Origin: an uncultured Candidatus Saccharibacteria bacterium
GTDB lineage: Bacteria; Patescibacteriota; Saccharimonadia; Saccharimonadales; Saccharimonadaceae
Direction of reading: 5' to 3'
Assembly: GCA_938039975.1 (NCBI GenBank)
Contig: CALHTM010000002.1
Location: forward strand, 44,541 to 108,540
DNA: 64,000 nucleotides
Shown here: in pieces, positions 10,185-19,370 of the stretch
Position numbering within the stretch: the first letter of the stretch is position 1
How the letters are laid out: the number at the start of each line of letters is the position of its first letter
Notes under the pieces: generated by a model
What the model was told of the DNA's origin: nothing
Database searches by the model: none
Seen by the model: only the letters and a program-made list of their open reading frames with translations
Made by a program: the position numbers and the translations under genes

Positions 10185-10769
10185 TTACGATTCAGGATTA
10201 TTCTGCTGCACAAACGCCGCCGCCCGCATAAAATCGTCAATTAGCGTCTGGCGCATACCGCCATTATATAGCGCTGCTGCTGGATGATATAGCGGAATCA
10301 CTACAAATTCCAATTCATGCAAGCGCACCCGCCGCGGCCGTCCGTGGTCCTGGCTGATCCGCAGCCCAGGGATAAAACCACCGCCGCTGTGCCGCCCCAA
10401 TGTCAGCACTGCTTTTGGCTGAATAATTTCTAATTGCCGCATCAAATACGGCCAAAATTGGCGCTTCTCTTCTGGCAGCGGATCGCGGTTATTCGGCGGC
10501 CGATACTTCACAATGTTGGTAATATAGACGTCCGGGCGCTGCAAACCAGCTGCCGCCAGCATCTCGTCGAGGAATTTCCCCGCCGCGCCGACAAACGGCT
10601 TGCCCTGCAAATCCTCGTTCTTTCCCGGCGCCTCGCCGATAAACACGATATCAGCATCAGCATTGCCATCGCCCATCACCAGCTGCGTCGCTTGAGCCGC
10701 CAATTCCGAACAAATCCCAGCTTCGACAATTTCCGCCGCTAATGCGTCTAATTCAGCTTGCTTATCCAT
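10185..10769 (-). CDS. uracil-DNA glycosylase, family 4
   Basis: FIGEAPG..ED.QG.PFVG.AG, YITNIVK.RPP.NR.P, YHPAA. Confidence 0.95.
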   Translation of the reverse strand: MDKQAELDALAAEIVEAGICSELAAQATQLVMGDGNADADIVFIGEAPGKNEDLQGKPFVGAAGKFLDEMLAAAGLQRPDVYITNIVKYRPPNNRDPLPEEKRQFWPYLMRQLEIIQPKAVLTLGRHSGGGFIPGLRISQDHGRPRRVRLHELEFVVIPLYHPAAALYNGGMRQTLIDDFMRAAAFVQQNNPES

Positions 10770-10787
10770 AATTACATTTTACCAAAA

Positions 10788-10817
10788 TAGTACCCTCTGC
10801 TGATACAGAGGGTACTA
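10788..10817 (-). terminator. intrinsic terminator
   Basis: TAGTACCCTCTG-N6-CAGAGGGTACTA followed by T run on the minus strand. Confidence 0.7.
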
Positions 10818-10832
10818 CCGGCGCGGCGAATA

Positions 10833-11717
10833 TTAACGCAGCGCAGTTAATTTTTGATTGACAACGCTTGAAAAGTCGTTGTAGTACCGATCCATTCCGC
10901 TATCGGTAACTTTACGGCTAGCGTTAGTAATTAACGTATAGCCAGTAGTCGACGGCTCTATTGGACGGCGCGGCCGAGCGCTGAAATTGCCGCTGGTATA
11001 GGCTCTAGCGTATTCGACATAGTATTTCTTCAGCGAGGTGTAGTAATCGCTCCATTCTTTACCGAAATTAGCCACATTGCTATTATTTGATTTGCTCAGT
11101 TTCTGCATCAAGGATGTGCAATCGCCGTATTTTTGACTGATTTCCTTATCAACTTCATCTGGTTTCTTGCTTATATGGCCAAGATAAAATACGTTATCGC
11201 ATTTTTTTCTGACCTCGCTATAAACCTCTACGTACTGCGACAAGCCTTCCATTTCGGGTTTAGCGACGTCGTAAGCTTTCTTGTATTTGTCGTAAGCTTC
11301 TTTGACATCTTTATCGTGCATAATCTTAGATTTCGACAATTTGTCGTTTAACTCGTCGCGACTCTTGATAGCGCTATTAACCGTTTCTTTGTAGGCTTCT
11401 GGATTGCGCACAGACGAATACTGCAAACTGTTCAATTTCGAGCTTTCATCATTCATCCACGAAACAGCTTGACGGTAATCTTCTTTGCTCGGCCCCATAT
11501 TGAGCAGCAAAACAACCACTATTACGATAATCAGCAGTAAAAATCCAACAGAGCCGCCAATTATTCCCCACAAAGCCCCCTTGCTAAGACCTTTTTTAAC
11601 CGGCATTTGCGGCAGCATCGCTGGCTGCTGCTGCATAGGCGGCACAGACATTGGAGCTGGTTGCTGCATAGGCGGCACAGGCTGCGGCGATTCAGGTGGT
11701 TGCGGTTGATTATTCAT
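10833..11717 (-). CDS. hypothetical single-pass membrane protein, Pro/Gln-rich N-terminus
   Basis: PQ-rich tail, one TM helix, helical Lys/Tyr-rich domain. Confidence 0.8.
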   Translation of the reverse strand: MNNQPQPPESPQPVPPMQQPAPMSVPPMQQQPAMLPQMPVKKGLSKGALWGIIGGSVGFLLLIIVIVVVLLLNMGPSKEDYRQAVSWMNDESSKLNSLQYSSVRNPEAYKETVNSAIKSRDELNDKLSKSKIMHDKDVKEAYDKYKKAYDVAKPEMEGLSQYVEVYSEVRKKCDNVFYLGHISKKPDEVDKEISQKYGDCTSLMQKLSKSNNSNVANFGKEWSDYYTSLKKYYVEYARAYTSGNFSARPRRPIEPSTTGYTLITNASRKVTDSGMDRYYNDFSSVVNQKLTALR

Positions 11718-11802
11718 AGACTTCCCCTCTTTTATAAGTGTATCTCTATTAAGTATAGCAAAACTTAAGCTGTCTCGTACAGTATTTGTTTACGTAGAAA
11801 TA

Positions 11803-13929
11803 TTATCGCTGTTCAATTCCCTTCATTGTCAAGCTTAGGCGCCCGCGGTTATCAATCTCTGTTAATTTAACACGTACCGTTTGGCCCTCTTTCAAGACAT
11901 CAGTTACTTTGCCGACTCGTTTATCCGATAGTTGTGAAATATGCAACATACCGTCAATCCCCGGCAAGATATTCACGAACGCCCCAAAATCTTTGATGCT
12001 GACGACTTTGCCTTCGTAGATTTTGCCAACCTCCGGCTCTTCGACCAGGCTTTTAATCCAGTTCAAGGCTTTCTCGATCGACTCGCCGTTCGGGCTAGCG
12101 ATGGTGATCAAACCGTCTTCCTTGATATCAACCTCAGCGCCAGTCTCGCTGGTGATCTTATTAATCACCTCGCCGCCCTTGCCGATGACCGCACCGATTT
12201 TATCTGGATCAATTTTTAGCTTTTCAATCCGCGGCGCGTACGGGCTGAGTGTCTCCCGCGGCTCTGGCAAAATACTTAGCATATGATCAAGGATAAATGC
12301 CCGGCCAGCCTTGCTCTGTTCAATCGCTTGGCGCAGCACTGCCACTGGCAAGCCATGTACCTTCATATCCATCTGCAGCGCCGTGATACCCTTGGCTGTA
12401 CCGGTCACCTTGAAATCCATATCGCCGGCAAAATCCTCAGCATCGGCAATGTCGCTCAGCACGTACGGCGTATCACCGTCCATCATTAGACCCATAGCAA
12501 TACCGCTAACCGGCGCCGAGAGAGGCACGCCAGCATCCATCAACGCCAGACAGCTCGAACAGGTCGCTGCCATCGACGTCGAACCGTTCTGGCTCATAAT
12601 TTCGGTAACGCTGCGAATGGCGTACGGGAAGTCTTCTTCGCTTGGCAGCACCGGCGTCAAGGCTCGCTCTGCCAAGTAGCCATGGCCAATTTCGCGCCGG
12701 CCCGGGCTGCCCATCCGCTTAACCTCGCCAACCGTATAACCCGGCGCATTGTAATGATGCATATAGCGCCGCTCGCCGTCGTTGACCTCCATGGTATCAA
12801 CCAGCTGGGCGTAACTCAGCGGCGCCAGGGTGACAATATTCATACCCTGCGTCACGCCGCGGGTAAACAGGCTCGAACCGTGCGCTCGTGGCAGCAAACC
12901 AACCTCTGAGCTTAACGGGCGAATTTCCGTCAAAGCGCGGCCATCCGGGCGCTTGCCGTCCTCGACAATACCGCGGCGCACATCTTTGTGTAGCGCTAAG
13001 GTAAATGCTTCATCGTATTCGTCGCGTACCTCGTCATATTCCTCAGCGCTCAAGCCCAACTTTTCGGCCATCGCTTCGTGGAATGCCCAGCGAATCTCAT
13101 TGACCACCTCGTTGCGCTCCGGATACGGCCGACGGACTTTCTCGCCCAGCTTGCCATCAACCCATTCGTCAGCCGTCTGCTGAATTGCTTCATCAGGTAA
13201 GACTAATTCATATTCCTGCGGGGTCGGCGCGACTTTGGCTGCCAATTCGCGCTGCAACTGAATCGCCGGCTGCATCATCTGGTGTGCCCAGGCCATCGCA
13301 TCGACGATCACCTCTTCTGATACTTCCTTAGCACCAGCTTCCACCATGGTAATACCGCTCTCAATGCCAGCCACTACCAAATCCAAATCAGATTGCTCAC
13401 GTTCCTCTGGCGTCAAAAAGGCCTTAAACTCACCATTCACACGGCCCACCCGCAAGCCCGCTACCGGCCCGTCAAACGGTGTCCCGGTCAGCATCAAGGC
13501 ACTCGACGCCGCAATCATCGCCACCACGTCCGGGCGGAAATCCGGATCCATGCTCAGCACCGTCGCCACGACTTGCACTTCCTGGCGGTAGCCCTTTGGA
13601 AACAGCGGCCGAATCGGACGGTCGATTAACCGGCCTATTAGCACCGCCTCGTCGCTAGGACGGCCTTCGCGCTTAATAAACCGCGAGCCAGAAATTTTGC
13701 CCGCCGCATAAAATCGTTCTTCATAATCAATCGACAGCGGGAAATAATCCAGCTGCACCGGCCGGCTGCCCACCTGGGCACTGCCCAAGACCACCGTATC
13801 GCCGTAGCGAACCAGCACACTACCAGTCGTCCGAAAACCAACGCGATTGACCTCCAACGTCAACGGCCGGCCGCACAGCTCGGTGGTAACGCTAAAAATC
13901 TCCTTGCCGCTCGGGTTAATAATACTCAT
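11803..13929 (-). CDS. pnp: polyribonucleotide nucleotidyltransferase
   Basis: FIKREGRP, RREIGHG, SNGS-like SQNGSTSMA, GDMDFKV, KH and S1 domains. Confidence 0.99.
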   Translation of the reverse strand: MSIINPSGKEIFSVTTELCGRPLTLEVNRVGFRTTGSVLVRYGDTVVLGSAQVGSRPVQLDYFPLSIDYEERFYAAGKISGSRFIKREGRPSDEAVLIGRLIDRPIRPLFPKGYRQEVQVVATVLSMDPDFRPDVVAMIAASSALMLTGTPFDGPVAGLRVGRVNGEFKAFLTPEEREQSDLDLVVAGIESGITMVEAGAKEVSEEVIVDAMAWAHQMMQPAIQLQRELAAKVAPTPQEYELVLPDEAIQQTADEWVDGKLGEKVRRPYPERNEVVNEIRWAFHEAMAEKLGLSAEEYDEVRDEYDEAFTLALHKDVRRGIVEDGKRPDGRALTEIRPLSSEVGLLPRAHGSSLFTRGVTQGMNIVTLAPLSYAQLVDTMEVNDGERRYMHHYNAPGYTVGEVKRMGSPGRREIGHGYLAERALTPVLPSEEDFPYAIRSVTEIMSQNGSTSMAATCSSCLALMDAGVPLSAPVSGIAMGLMMDGDTPYVLSDIADAEDFAGDMDFKVTGTAKGITALQMDMKVHGLPVAVLRQAIEQSKAGRAFILDHMLSILPEPRETLSPYAPRIEKLKIDPDKIGAVIGKGGEVINKITSETGAEVDIKEDGLITIASPNGESIEKALNWIKSLVEEPEVGKIYEGKVVSIKDFGAFVNILPGIDGMLHISQLSDKRVGKVTDVLKEGQTVRVKLTEIDNRGRLSLTMKGIEQR

Positions 13930-13946
13930 AAAAGAGCTCCTTTCTT

Positions 13947-14037
13947 CGCGGCAAGTAACAGGGATGAAAAATCGTCTTGGCTAGGCTTGGCAATTCAAAG
14001 CCGCGCGCCGCAAATTCTCGTCTCTATCACTTCCGCG
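13947..14037 (-). promoter_or_regulatory. long 5' leader hairpin of pnp
   Basis: About 25-bp imperfect stem with G-U pairs between a TGCTATAAT -10 (near 14055-14063) and the SD. Confidence 0.6.
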
Positions 14038-14136
14038 TTAACAATAACTACTTTATTATAGCAGACAGCAAAGGTTATTTCATCTATATCACGTCATGCT
14101 ATTGCTTTTTTATCATGTTTATGCTATAATAGAAGA

Positions 14137-15051
14137 ATGAGCACGCTTCCTATAGTTCTGCTAAGGCGCCGCCAAGACTTCTGGCAAAAAAGCCAAGAGA
14201 CCGCGAGAGAATTACGGCGAGAAGCGCATACGATCGATCCAGAACGTCCGCAGCGCGGTATCGGGCGAGCTGCGCACAATCTATTGCAATTAATGCAACA
14301 AGTTGAACATCCAACTGCTGAGACCAACCAGCAACAAGAATTTTACAAGCTCTATGGCACCTATCGCGACTGGATTGCTGCCGTAACTGCCGAAAAAACA
14401 GCTAGAGACTCAAATAGGAGACTTTCTCCTAAAGATCACGAAAAAATTGTTAGTGTGCATTCTTCATTCAACGACTCGCTGCGCGAAATTTTTAACCGCT
14501 GGGGCACTGCTATCACGCCAGCTGACACAATGCAACTTCTAAATAATTTTATCCCTATAGCCGACAAACTCCACTACCGCAAGAAAATGGAAACAAGCAT
14601 AAAAGGTGTACGTACAGAATTACTTGCTGAGCTAGCTCTCGAAAACATGGGCTTTAAAGTGGTCCGTGCGACTACCGAACAAGACAAGAGAGGTATTGAT
14701 TATCTTATAACTGACAGCCAGGGAAATCAGACAGCAATAGATGTTAAGTCCTCAAGATTTAAAGCGAACAAAACCAATGATCGAAACGCTAGGTATTATA
14801 ATGACGGTACTATAGCTATCTGTCCATTTTCGCCCGAAACCCTCGAAAGTATTCACACAATTCTGCCTGCCGATCCATACGGGCAAATGCTGGGACCTTC
14901 AAAGGAAATGCTTAAAAACCTATCCGATTCTGGTGTTGTAGATAACGATGAATATGATAGAATTAAGGATAAATTAGAGGAGCAGATAGCAGATATGCAT
15001 GAACGAAATAGCAATCCAACACGCACAGGGAAGAAATTAACTCATGTCTAG
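14137..15051 (+). CDS. hypothetical protein with PD-(D/E)XK nuclease-like motif
   Basis: E...L..MGFKV..A..EQDKRGIDYLI.......IDVKS. Confidence 0.65.
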   Translation: MSTLPIVLLRRRQDFWQKSQETARELRREAHTIDPERPQRGIGRAAHNLLQLMQQVEHPTAETNQQQEFYKLYGTYRDWIAAVTAEKTARDSNRRLSPKDHEKIVSVHSSFNDSLREIFNRWGTAITPADTMQLLNNFIPIADKLHYRKKMETSIKGVRTELLAELALENMGFKVVRATTEQDKRGIDYLITDSQGNQTAIDVKSSRFKANKTNDRNARYYNDGTIAICPFSPETLESIHTILPADPYGQMLGPSKEMLKNLSDSGVVDNDEYDRIKDKLEEQIADMHERNSNPTRTGKKLTHV

Positions 15052-15442
15052 CGAGACTAGCTTCTTTGGGGAGGAGACCGGTTCGCTTACTGAATATCAC
15101 CTAGTCAATCCAGAGAAAGCATGTAGCGATATCGTCAACTCAATTAGGCGCGGAGAAGGAATTATACTATTAGCAAAAGTATCTGCCGGCATGGGAGAAA
15201 CCTCAGTTAAAGATGCTACTCGGATTGAGGAAATTGCGGCTTCGTTTACTGAGTTAAGTCGAGCAAACGAAGCAAGTTTATTTGGGACTGGCGACTCGCC
15301 TCAACTCGAGGCTAGAGGCGTAACCAAACACCCTAACTCTCTGGACTCAAATGATGGTGATAAAAAACCTCTGATCGTTGTTTTCCAGCAAAGCGATGGT
15401 AATAATATTGATTCCGGACACTTTTTCCTGGTAGCCAAATAA
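15044..15442 (+). CDS. hypothetical protein
   Basis: 132-aa ORF overlapping the upstream stop by 8 nt. Confidence 0.6.
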   Translation: MSSETSFFGEETGSLTEYHLVNPEKACSDIVNSIRRGEGIILLAKVSAGMGETSVKDATRIEEIAASFTELSRANEASLFGTGDSPQLEARGVTKHPNSLDSNDGDKKPLIVVFQQSDGNNIDSGHFFLVAK

Positions 15443-15527
15443 TATCCTTGATATTATATCTTAATGCTAGCCCTTGCTAAATTAAGCTAATCGCAAGCTA
15501 TTCAAACTTAATCAACAAGGAGGCCTT

Positions 15528-16025
15528 ATGCCACAAACCGAAAGTCTATATACTGGGCGGCGCATTAATGTCCGCGCTATTATTTATCGCGAAGGAAAAA
15601 TACTCGCCGTCAAACATCGCCGCGGCGACCAAGCGGCCCCTTATTACGCCGTACCAGGCGGCGGTCTCGACCCGCGCGAGTCGCTGGCTGAGTGTCTAAT
15701 CCGCGAATTACGCGAAGAAACTGGCATAACTGCCAAACCTGGCAAATTGCTATTCATCCAGCAATTCCCATCATCGCGGGCTGGCTACGAAGAGGAATTA
15801 GAGTTCTTTTTCGCGGTCGATAATCCTAATGACTTTACCGATATTGACATTAGCCAAACAACGCATGGCGCCCAAGAATTAGCGCTTTGCGAGTATATCG
15901 ACCCGTCGCGGCATGTTCTTTACCCAGAGTTTCTGCAAAGCACGGATATCGCGCGATATATCAACGGCGACCAACCGGTTCTCGTCGTCGATAATTTCGA
16001 CGAACAGCACCAACAACTACTCTAG
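15528..16025 (+). CDS. NUDIX hydrolase
   Basis: PGGGLDPRESLAECLIRELREETG Nudix box; SD AAGGAGG. Confidence 0.93.
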   Translation: MPQTESLYTGRRINVRAIIYREGKILAVKHRRGDQAAPYYAVPGGGLDPRESLAECLIRELREETGITAKPGKLLFIQQFPSSRAGYEEELEFFFAVDNPNDFTDIDISQTTHGAQELALCEYIDPSRHVLYPEFLQSTDIARYINGDQPVLVVDNFDEQHQQLL

Positions 16026-16685
16026 CGTCACGTTTTGCCGCGCCCAATCAACTGCCGCTTGCGCCCGTTTGCGCGCCTCCAAGCTTTTTCGCGGCGGACG
16101 ATCATCGCCCCACCATTGCCGCCAAGCCCAATCTGCCGGGTTGAGGCATTCCAGGCAATCCATGTGGCGCAATCTGCCGTTCACGAACTCTTCATTGCGT
16201 TCGGTATAGACAAGTTCGTAGCCGCACTTCTCAAGCGCTCGCCAGCTCGCCGCGTTGCCGTGGATGACTGCCGACTTAATTCGGTGCAGGCCTAGATTTT
16301 CGAAAGCATACCACGTTCGTGCCCGATGGCAAGCACTGGCAATCCCCTGGCCCCAATATTTCTTATCGGCAATAACTATACCGCTTGTCGCATAATGAAC
16401 GTGATCTTTGGTTATCTCGGTAAGCGCTGTGTTGCCGATCAGCTGGCGCTTGTCGCCATCGACAACCCAAATACCCCAAACCAACTTGGTTTTATCCTTG
16501 ATCATTTCATCATACCAGGCCTGCTCGGTCTCAATCGTCTGCGCTCGGTGCGCTGATAAGTACTGTGTTACCGTGCCGCGCGCAAAACCCTCGACAAACA
16601 CCTCTAGATTATCGCGCGCAAACGGCGCCAGTTCAACCGATAAGCCCCTATCGGTTGTTAATTTCATCATCGGCCCAAACGCCAT
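16017..16685 (-). CDS. GNAT acetyltransferase, RimJ/RimL type
   Basis: YWGQGIAS, LGLHRI, N.ASWRALEKCGY; start placed at ATG 16685 after AAAGGAG. Confidence 0.88.
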   Translation of the reverse strand: MAFGPMMKLTTDRGLSVELAPFARDNLEVFVEGFARGTVTQYLSAHRAQTIETEQAWYDEMIKDKTKLVWGIWVVDGDKRQLIGNTALTEITKDHVHYATSGIVIADKKYWGQGIASACHRARTWYAFENLGLHRIKSAVIHGNAASWRALEKCGYELVYTERNEEFVNGRLRHMDCLECLNPADWAWRQWWGDDRPPRKSLEARKRAQAAVDWARQNVTLE

Positions 16686-16758
16686 CGCGCACTCCTTTCG
16701 CTTAATTGTGTTTACATTATACACAATTGCAGAGGTTTAGTACACAAATAGTTATAAA

Positions 16759-18030
16759 CTATAAACTTTCAATGATACTCTGCAGATCTCTGCGAACTTT
16801 GCCAGCAAATTGCTGCAAAGCCGAGCCGCTGCCTGGTTTGGTTTGCCATACTGGCGACTGCGGGTTAGCTTTTCTCACTAAGTCAGACATTGCTTGAAGA
16901 GTTTCCGCACTAACGTTTAGTCCTCCTTTAGCTTCTAGCCTACCGGCTAGCTCTACCCTAACATTTTGGTCAAGAAATCCGCCATAAGCCCTCAAGAAGT
17001 CTCCCGCCCATTTGTCGGCTCTTTCTTGGTCGAATGGTTGGCGCTCGCCAGGTTTTGTCGTATTTTGCTCTCCAGCGGCCTGTTTTCCGTCTGACTTCGA
17101 TACGTCTGCTTCAGATTTTACCGTATTTTTTTGATTGCCATCTGATTGAGCTTCGACTGGCGATGTCTTATCTTCTGCTGGCTGTGCGACCTGTTCTGCC
17201 GGATTTTTCTCGGCGGTGCGATTACTTGTGGCAGGTTTAGCTTCTGTAGCCTCTACCTTTGGACTTTCGTTTCTAGCGGTTTCTGGCGGCGTGTTTTCTG
17301 TCAACGCTTTAGGTTCAGGTTCGCTAGACGGCTTAGTGGCATCAGTTTCTGCTTTCGGAATTTCGGCACGCGGCGGCAACGGTGTTTCTTGTACTTTGGG
17401 CACAGCATCGCTAGCACTGGTCTCATGCGATACCAGCTCATTTGACTCCTCGCGTATCGCTGGCTGCTCGTATACTGCTTGCTCAACTGGCGGCCGCGAA
17501 GCATATTGAACTAGATTATCGCCTCTATCCCTGTTATGCTCACCACTGACAATACCATCAACCAAATCCTCTGGAACGCCTTTTGCTAACAAATCAGCGC
17601 GCCGATTAAGCATTTCATCAACACTTTGCGGTCCTCTCTCGGCATCAGCATGCGACGGCAACTTACCAGTTATTTTCTCGCCAGTCATGAAAACCCGGCG
17701 AGTAGAAGCACGTTCGTTGGTCGGCGCTATTCCGCCGTCAGTAGCGGCTTTATAAGCCTCGCCGACCAGCAGCTGCCTGCCAGTGTTAGACTCTTGGCGC
17801 GCCATAGCGGGCGGCTTATCGCCGAAGGCAATCGCTACTGCATCGCGAGCATCATTGACTTTCTCGGCCCGGCCAGCTGGCGTCCATTCGTGCGGCGTAC
17901 TAAAATTATCACCATCAAGAGAGTTAGACTTAACTATCGGCTCAATATCGTACTTCTTATAGTCAAACGACTCGCCGCGGCTGTTAGTCACCTCATGAGA
18001 AGATATTGGAAAGCGTTCTTTTGTGATCAT
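16759..18030 (-). CDS. hypothetical protein with low-complexity E/K/P/T middle
   Basis: 423-aa ORF, no recognisable domain. Confidence 0.75.
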   Translation of the reverse strand: MITKERFPISSHEVTNSRGESFDYKKYDIEPIVKSNSLDGDNFSTPHEWTPAGRAEKVNDARDAVAIAFGDKPPAMARQESNTGRQLLVGEAYKAATDGGIAPTNERASTRRVFMTGEKITGKLPSHADAERGPQSVDEMLNRRADLLAKGVPEDLVDGIVSGEHNRDRGDNLVQYASRPPVEQAVYEQPAIREESNELVSHETSASDAVPKVQETPLPPRAEIPKAETDATKPSSEPEPKALTENTPPETARNESPKVEATEAKPATSNRTAEKNPAEQVAQPAEDKTSPVEAQSDGNQKNTVKSEADVSKSDGKQAAGEQNTTKPGERQPFDQERADKWAGDFLRAYGGFLDQNVRVELAGRLEAKGGLNVSAETLQAMSDLVRKANPQSPVWQTKPGSGSALQQFAGKVRRDLQSIIESL

Positions 18031-18145
18031 TTTTGTTTTGCCGTTTACTTACCTTTTTATACTAGCATAGCTTATGCTTTTTGTCAATAATATTACTTAG
18101 ATTAGTAATTTTAGCAATACGGCAGCTGCAATCTACCTTTACAAA

Positions 18146-18178
18146 CCAAAAACCGCCTCGATACGAGACGGTTTTTGG
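18146..18178 (-). terminator. intrinsic terminator after rpsO
   Basis: CCAAAAACCG...CGGTTTTTGG inverted repeat. Confidence 0.65.
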
Positions 18179-18192
18179 CCCAGGCTGCACGT

Positions 18193-18459
18193 TTATTTGC
18201 GCAGACCGAGCTTCTCTAGCGTTGCCTTGTAGGCCTCAAAGTCCGTCTTCTCAAGGTATTTCAGCAGGCGCTTGCGCTTACCTACCATCTGAATCAGTCC
18301 GCGGCGCGCCATACGGTCGTGCTTATTGGACTTGAGATGTTCAGTCACCTCTTTGATACGAGCCGTCAAGATCGAAATCTGCGCTTGCGGGCTGCCGACA
18401 TCGTTCTCGTTGACCTGAGTCAAAGCAATAGCTTTCGCTTTGTTATCCTTTGATATCAT
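18193..18459 (-). CDS. rpsO: 30S ribosomal protein S15
   Basis: DVGSPQAQISILT.RI...HL..NKHD..ARRGL..MVGKRKRLLKYL. Confidence 0.98.
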   Translation of the reverse strand: MISKDNKAKAIALTQVNENDVGSPQAQISILTARIKEVTEHLKSNKHDRMARRGLIQMVGKRKRLLKYLEKTDFEAYKATLEKLGLRK

Positions 18460-18591
18460 AGCTAATAACTTTAGCAGAGATACGCTAATCAGTCAAGATT
18501 AAGCCATAGCTTTGAGCTAAAACTAAACAATACGTACGACATAACATCTCTGCTATTAATCTTACATAATATTGCTAGTGCCAGGACTGGT

Positions 18592-19293
18592 TTATGATTC
18601 AACGCCAAAATCAGCTAGCTTTTGCGCTTGGCTAACTTGCCAATCGGCAATCTGCGTACGGCGCAATTCTTGACAGTAAGCGCCCGTATTTAGCGCTTCA
18701 CCGATATCAGCCGCCAGGCTACGAATATAGGTGCCGCTAGAGACATGGGCTCGAACTTTGAGCAGCGGATAAGCGTAATCAAGCAGCTCCAGCGCATAAA
18801 TCGTCACCGCACGCTCTGGTATATCAACTTTTTTACCGCTGCGAGCTAATTTGTAGGCCCGCTGTCCGTTAATTTTGATAGCGCTGAACGCTGGCGGACG
18901 CTGCTTGATATCACCAACGAATTGCGCTAGGACGGACTTGACGACTGCTATATCCGGCTGTTTGGAGATGGATGAAGCTTGAATATCATTTTGCGGCTTA
19001 CTATTTGCAACGTACGGCATAATTTCGCCTTCCGGGTCGCCAGTTGTACTAGTCTGTCCCAGCCGGAACGTCACTTCATACACCTTATCAAGCTTGGTAT
19101 AACGCATCGCGTTGCGGCATTCCTTGCCCGTAACCAAAATCAACAGGCCCGTCGCAAACGGGTCAAGCGTCCCGCAATGACCGACTTTGACTTTTTTGCC
19201 AGCCCGATGGCTAAGCACGCGGCGAACTCGCGCCACTACCCCGAAGCTAGTCATGCCTGGCGGCTTATCAATCAATATAACCCTGTCATTCAT
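18592..19293 (-). CDS. truB: tRNA pseudouridine(55) synthase
   Basis: DKP.GMTS, KVGHCGTLDPFATG, PPAFSAIK, SSGTYIRSL. Confidence 0.97.
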   Translation of the reverse strand: MNDRVILIDKPPGMTSFGVVARVRRVLSHRAGKKVKVGHCGTLDPFATGLLILVTGKECRNAMRYTKLDKVYEVTFRLGQTSTTGDPEGEIMPYVANSKPQNDIQASSISKQPDIAVVKSVLAQFVGDIKQRPPAFSAIKINGQRAYKLARSGKKVDIPERAVTIYALELLDYAYPLLKVRAHVSSGTYIRSLAADIGEALNTGAYCQELRRTQIADWQVSQAQKLADFGVES

Positions 19294-19370
19294 ACTTCAA
19301 GTATATCAGCATACCCCGTAGCATTGATTCTAAAATCTTTTCAGAGTCAACCTGAAGTCTATCCGCAAAC

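Noticed and set aside
18950..19020. Third palindromic insert, in truB
   Set aside because: The loop looks longer than usual but I see no inverted repeat in the DNA
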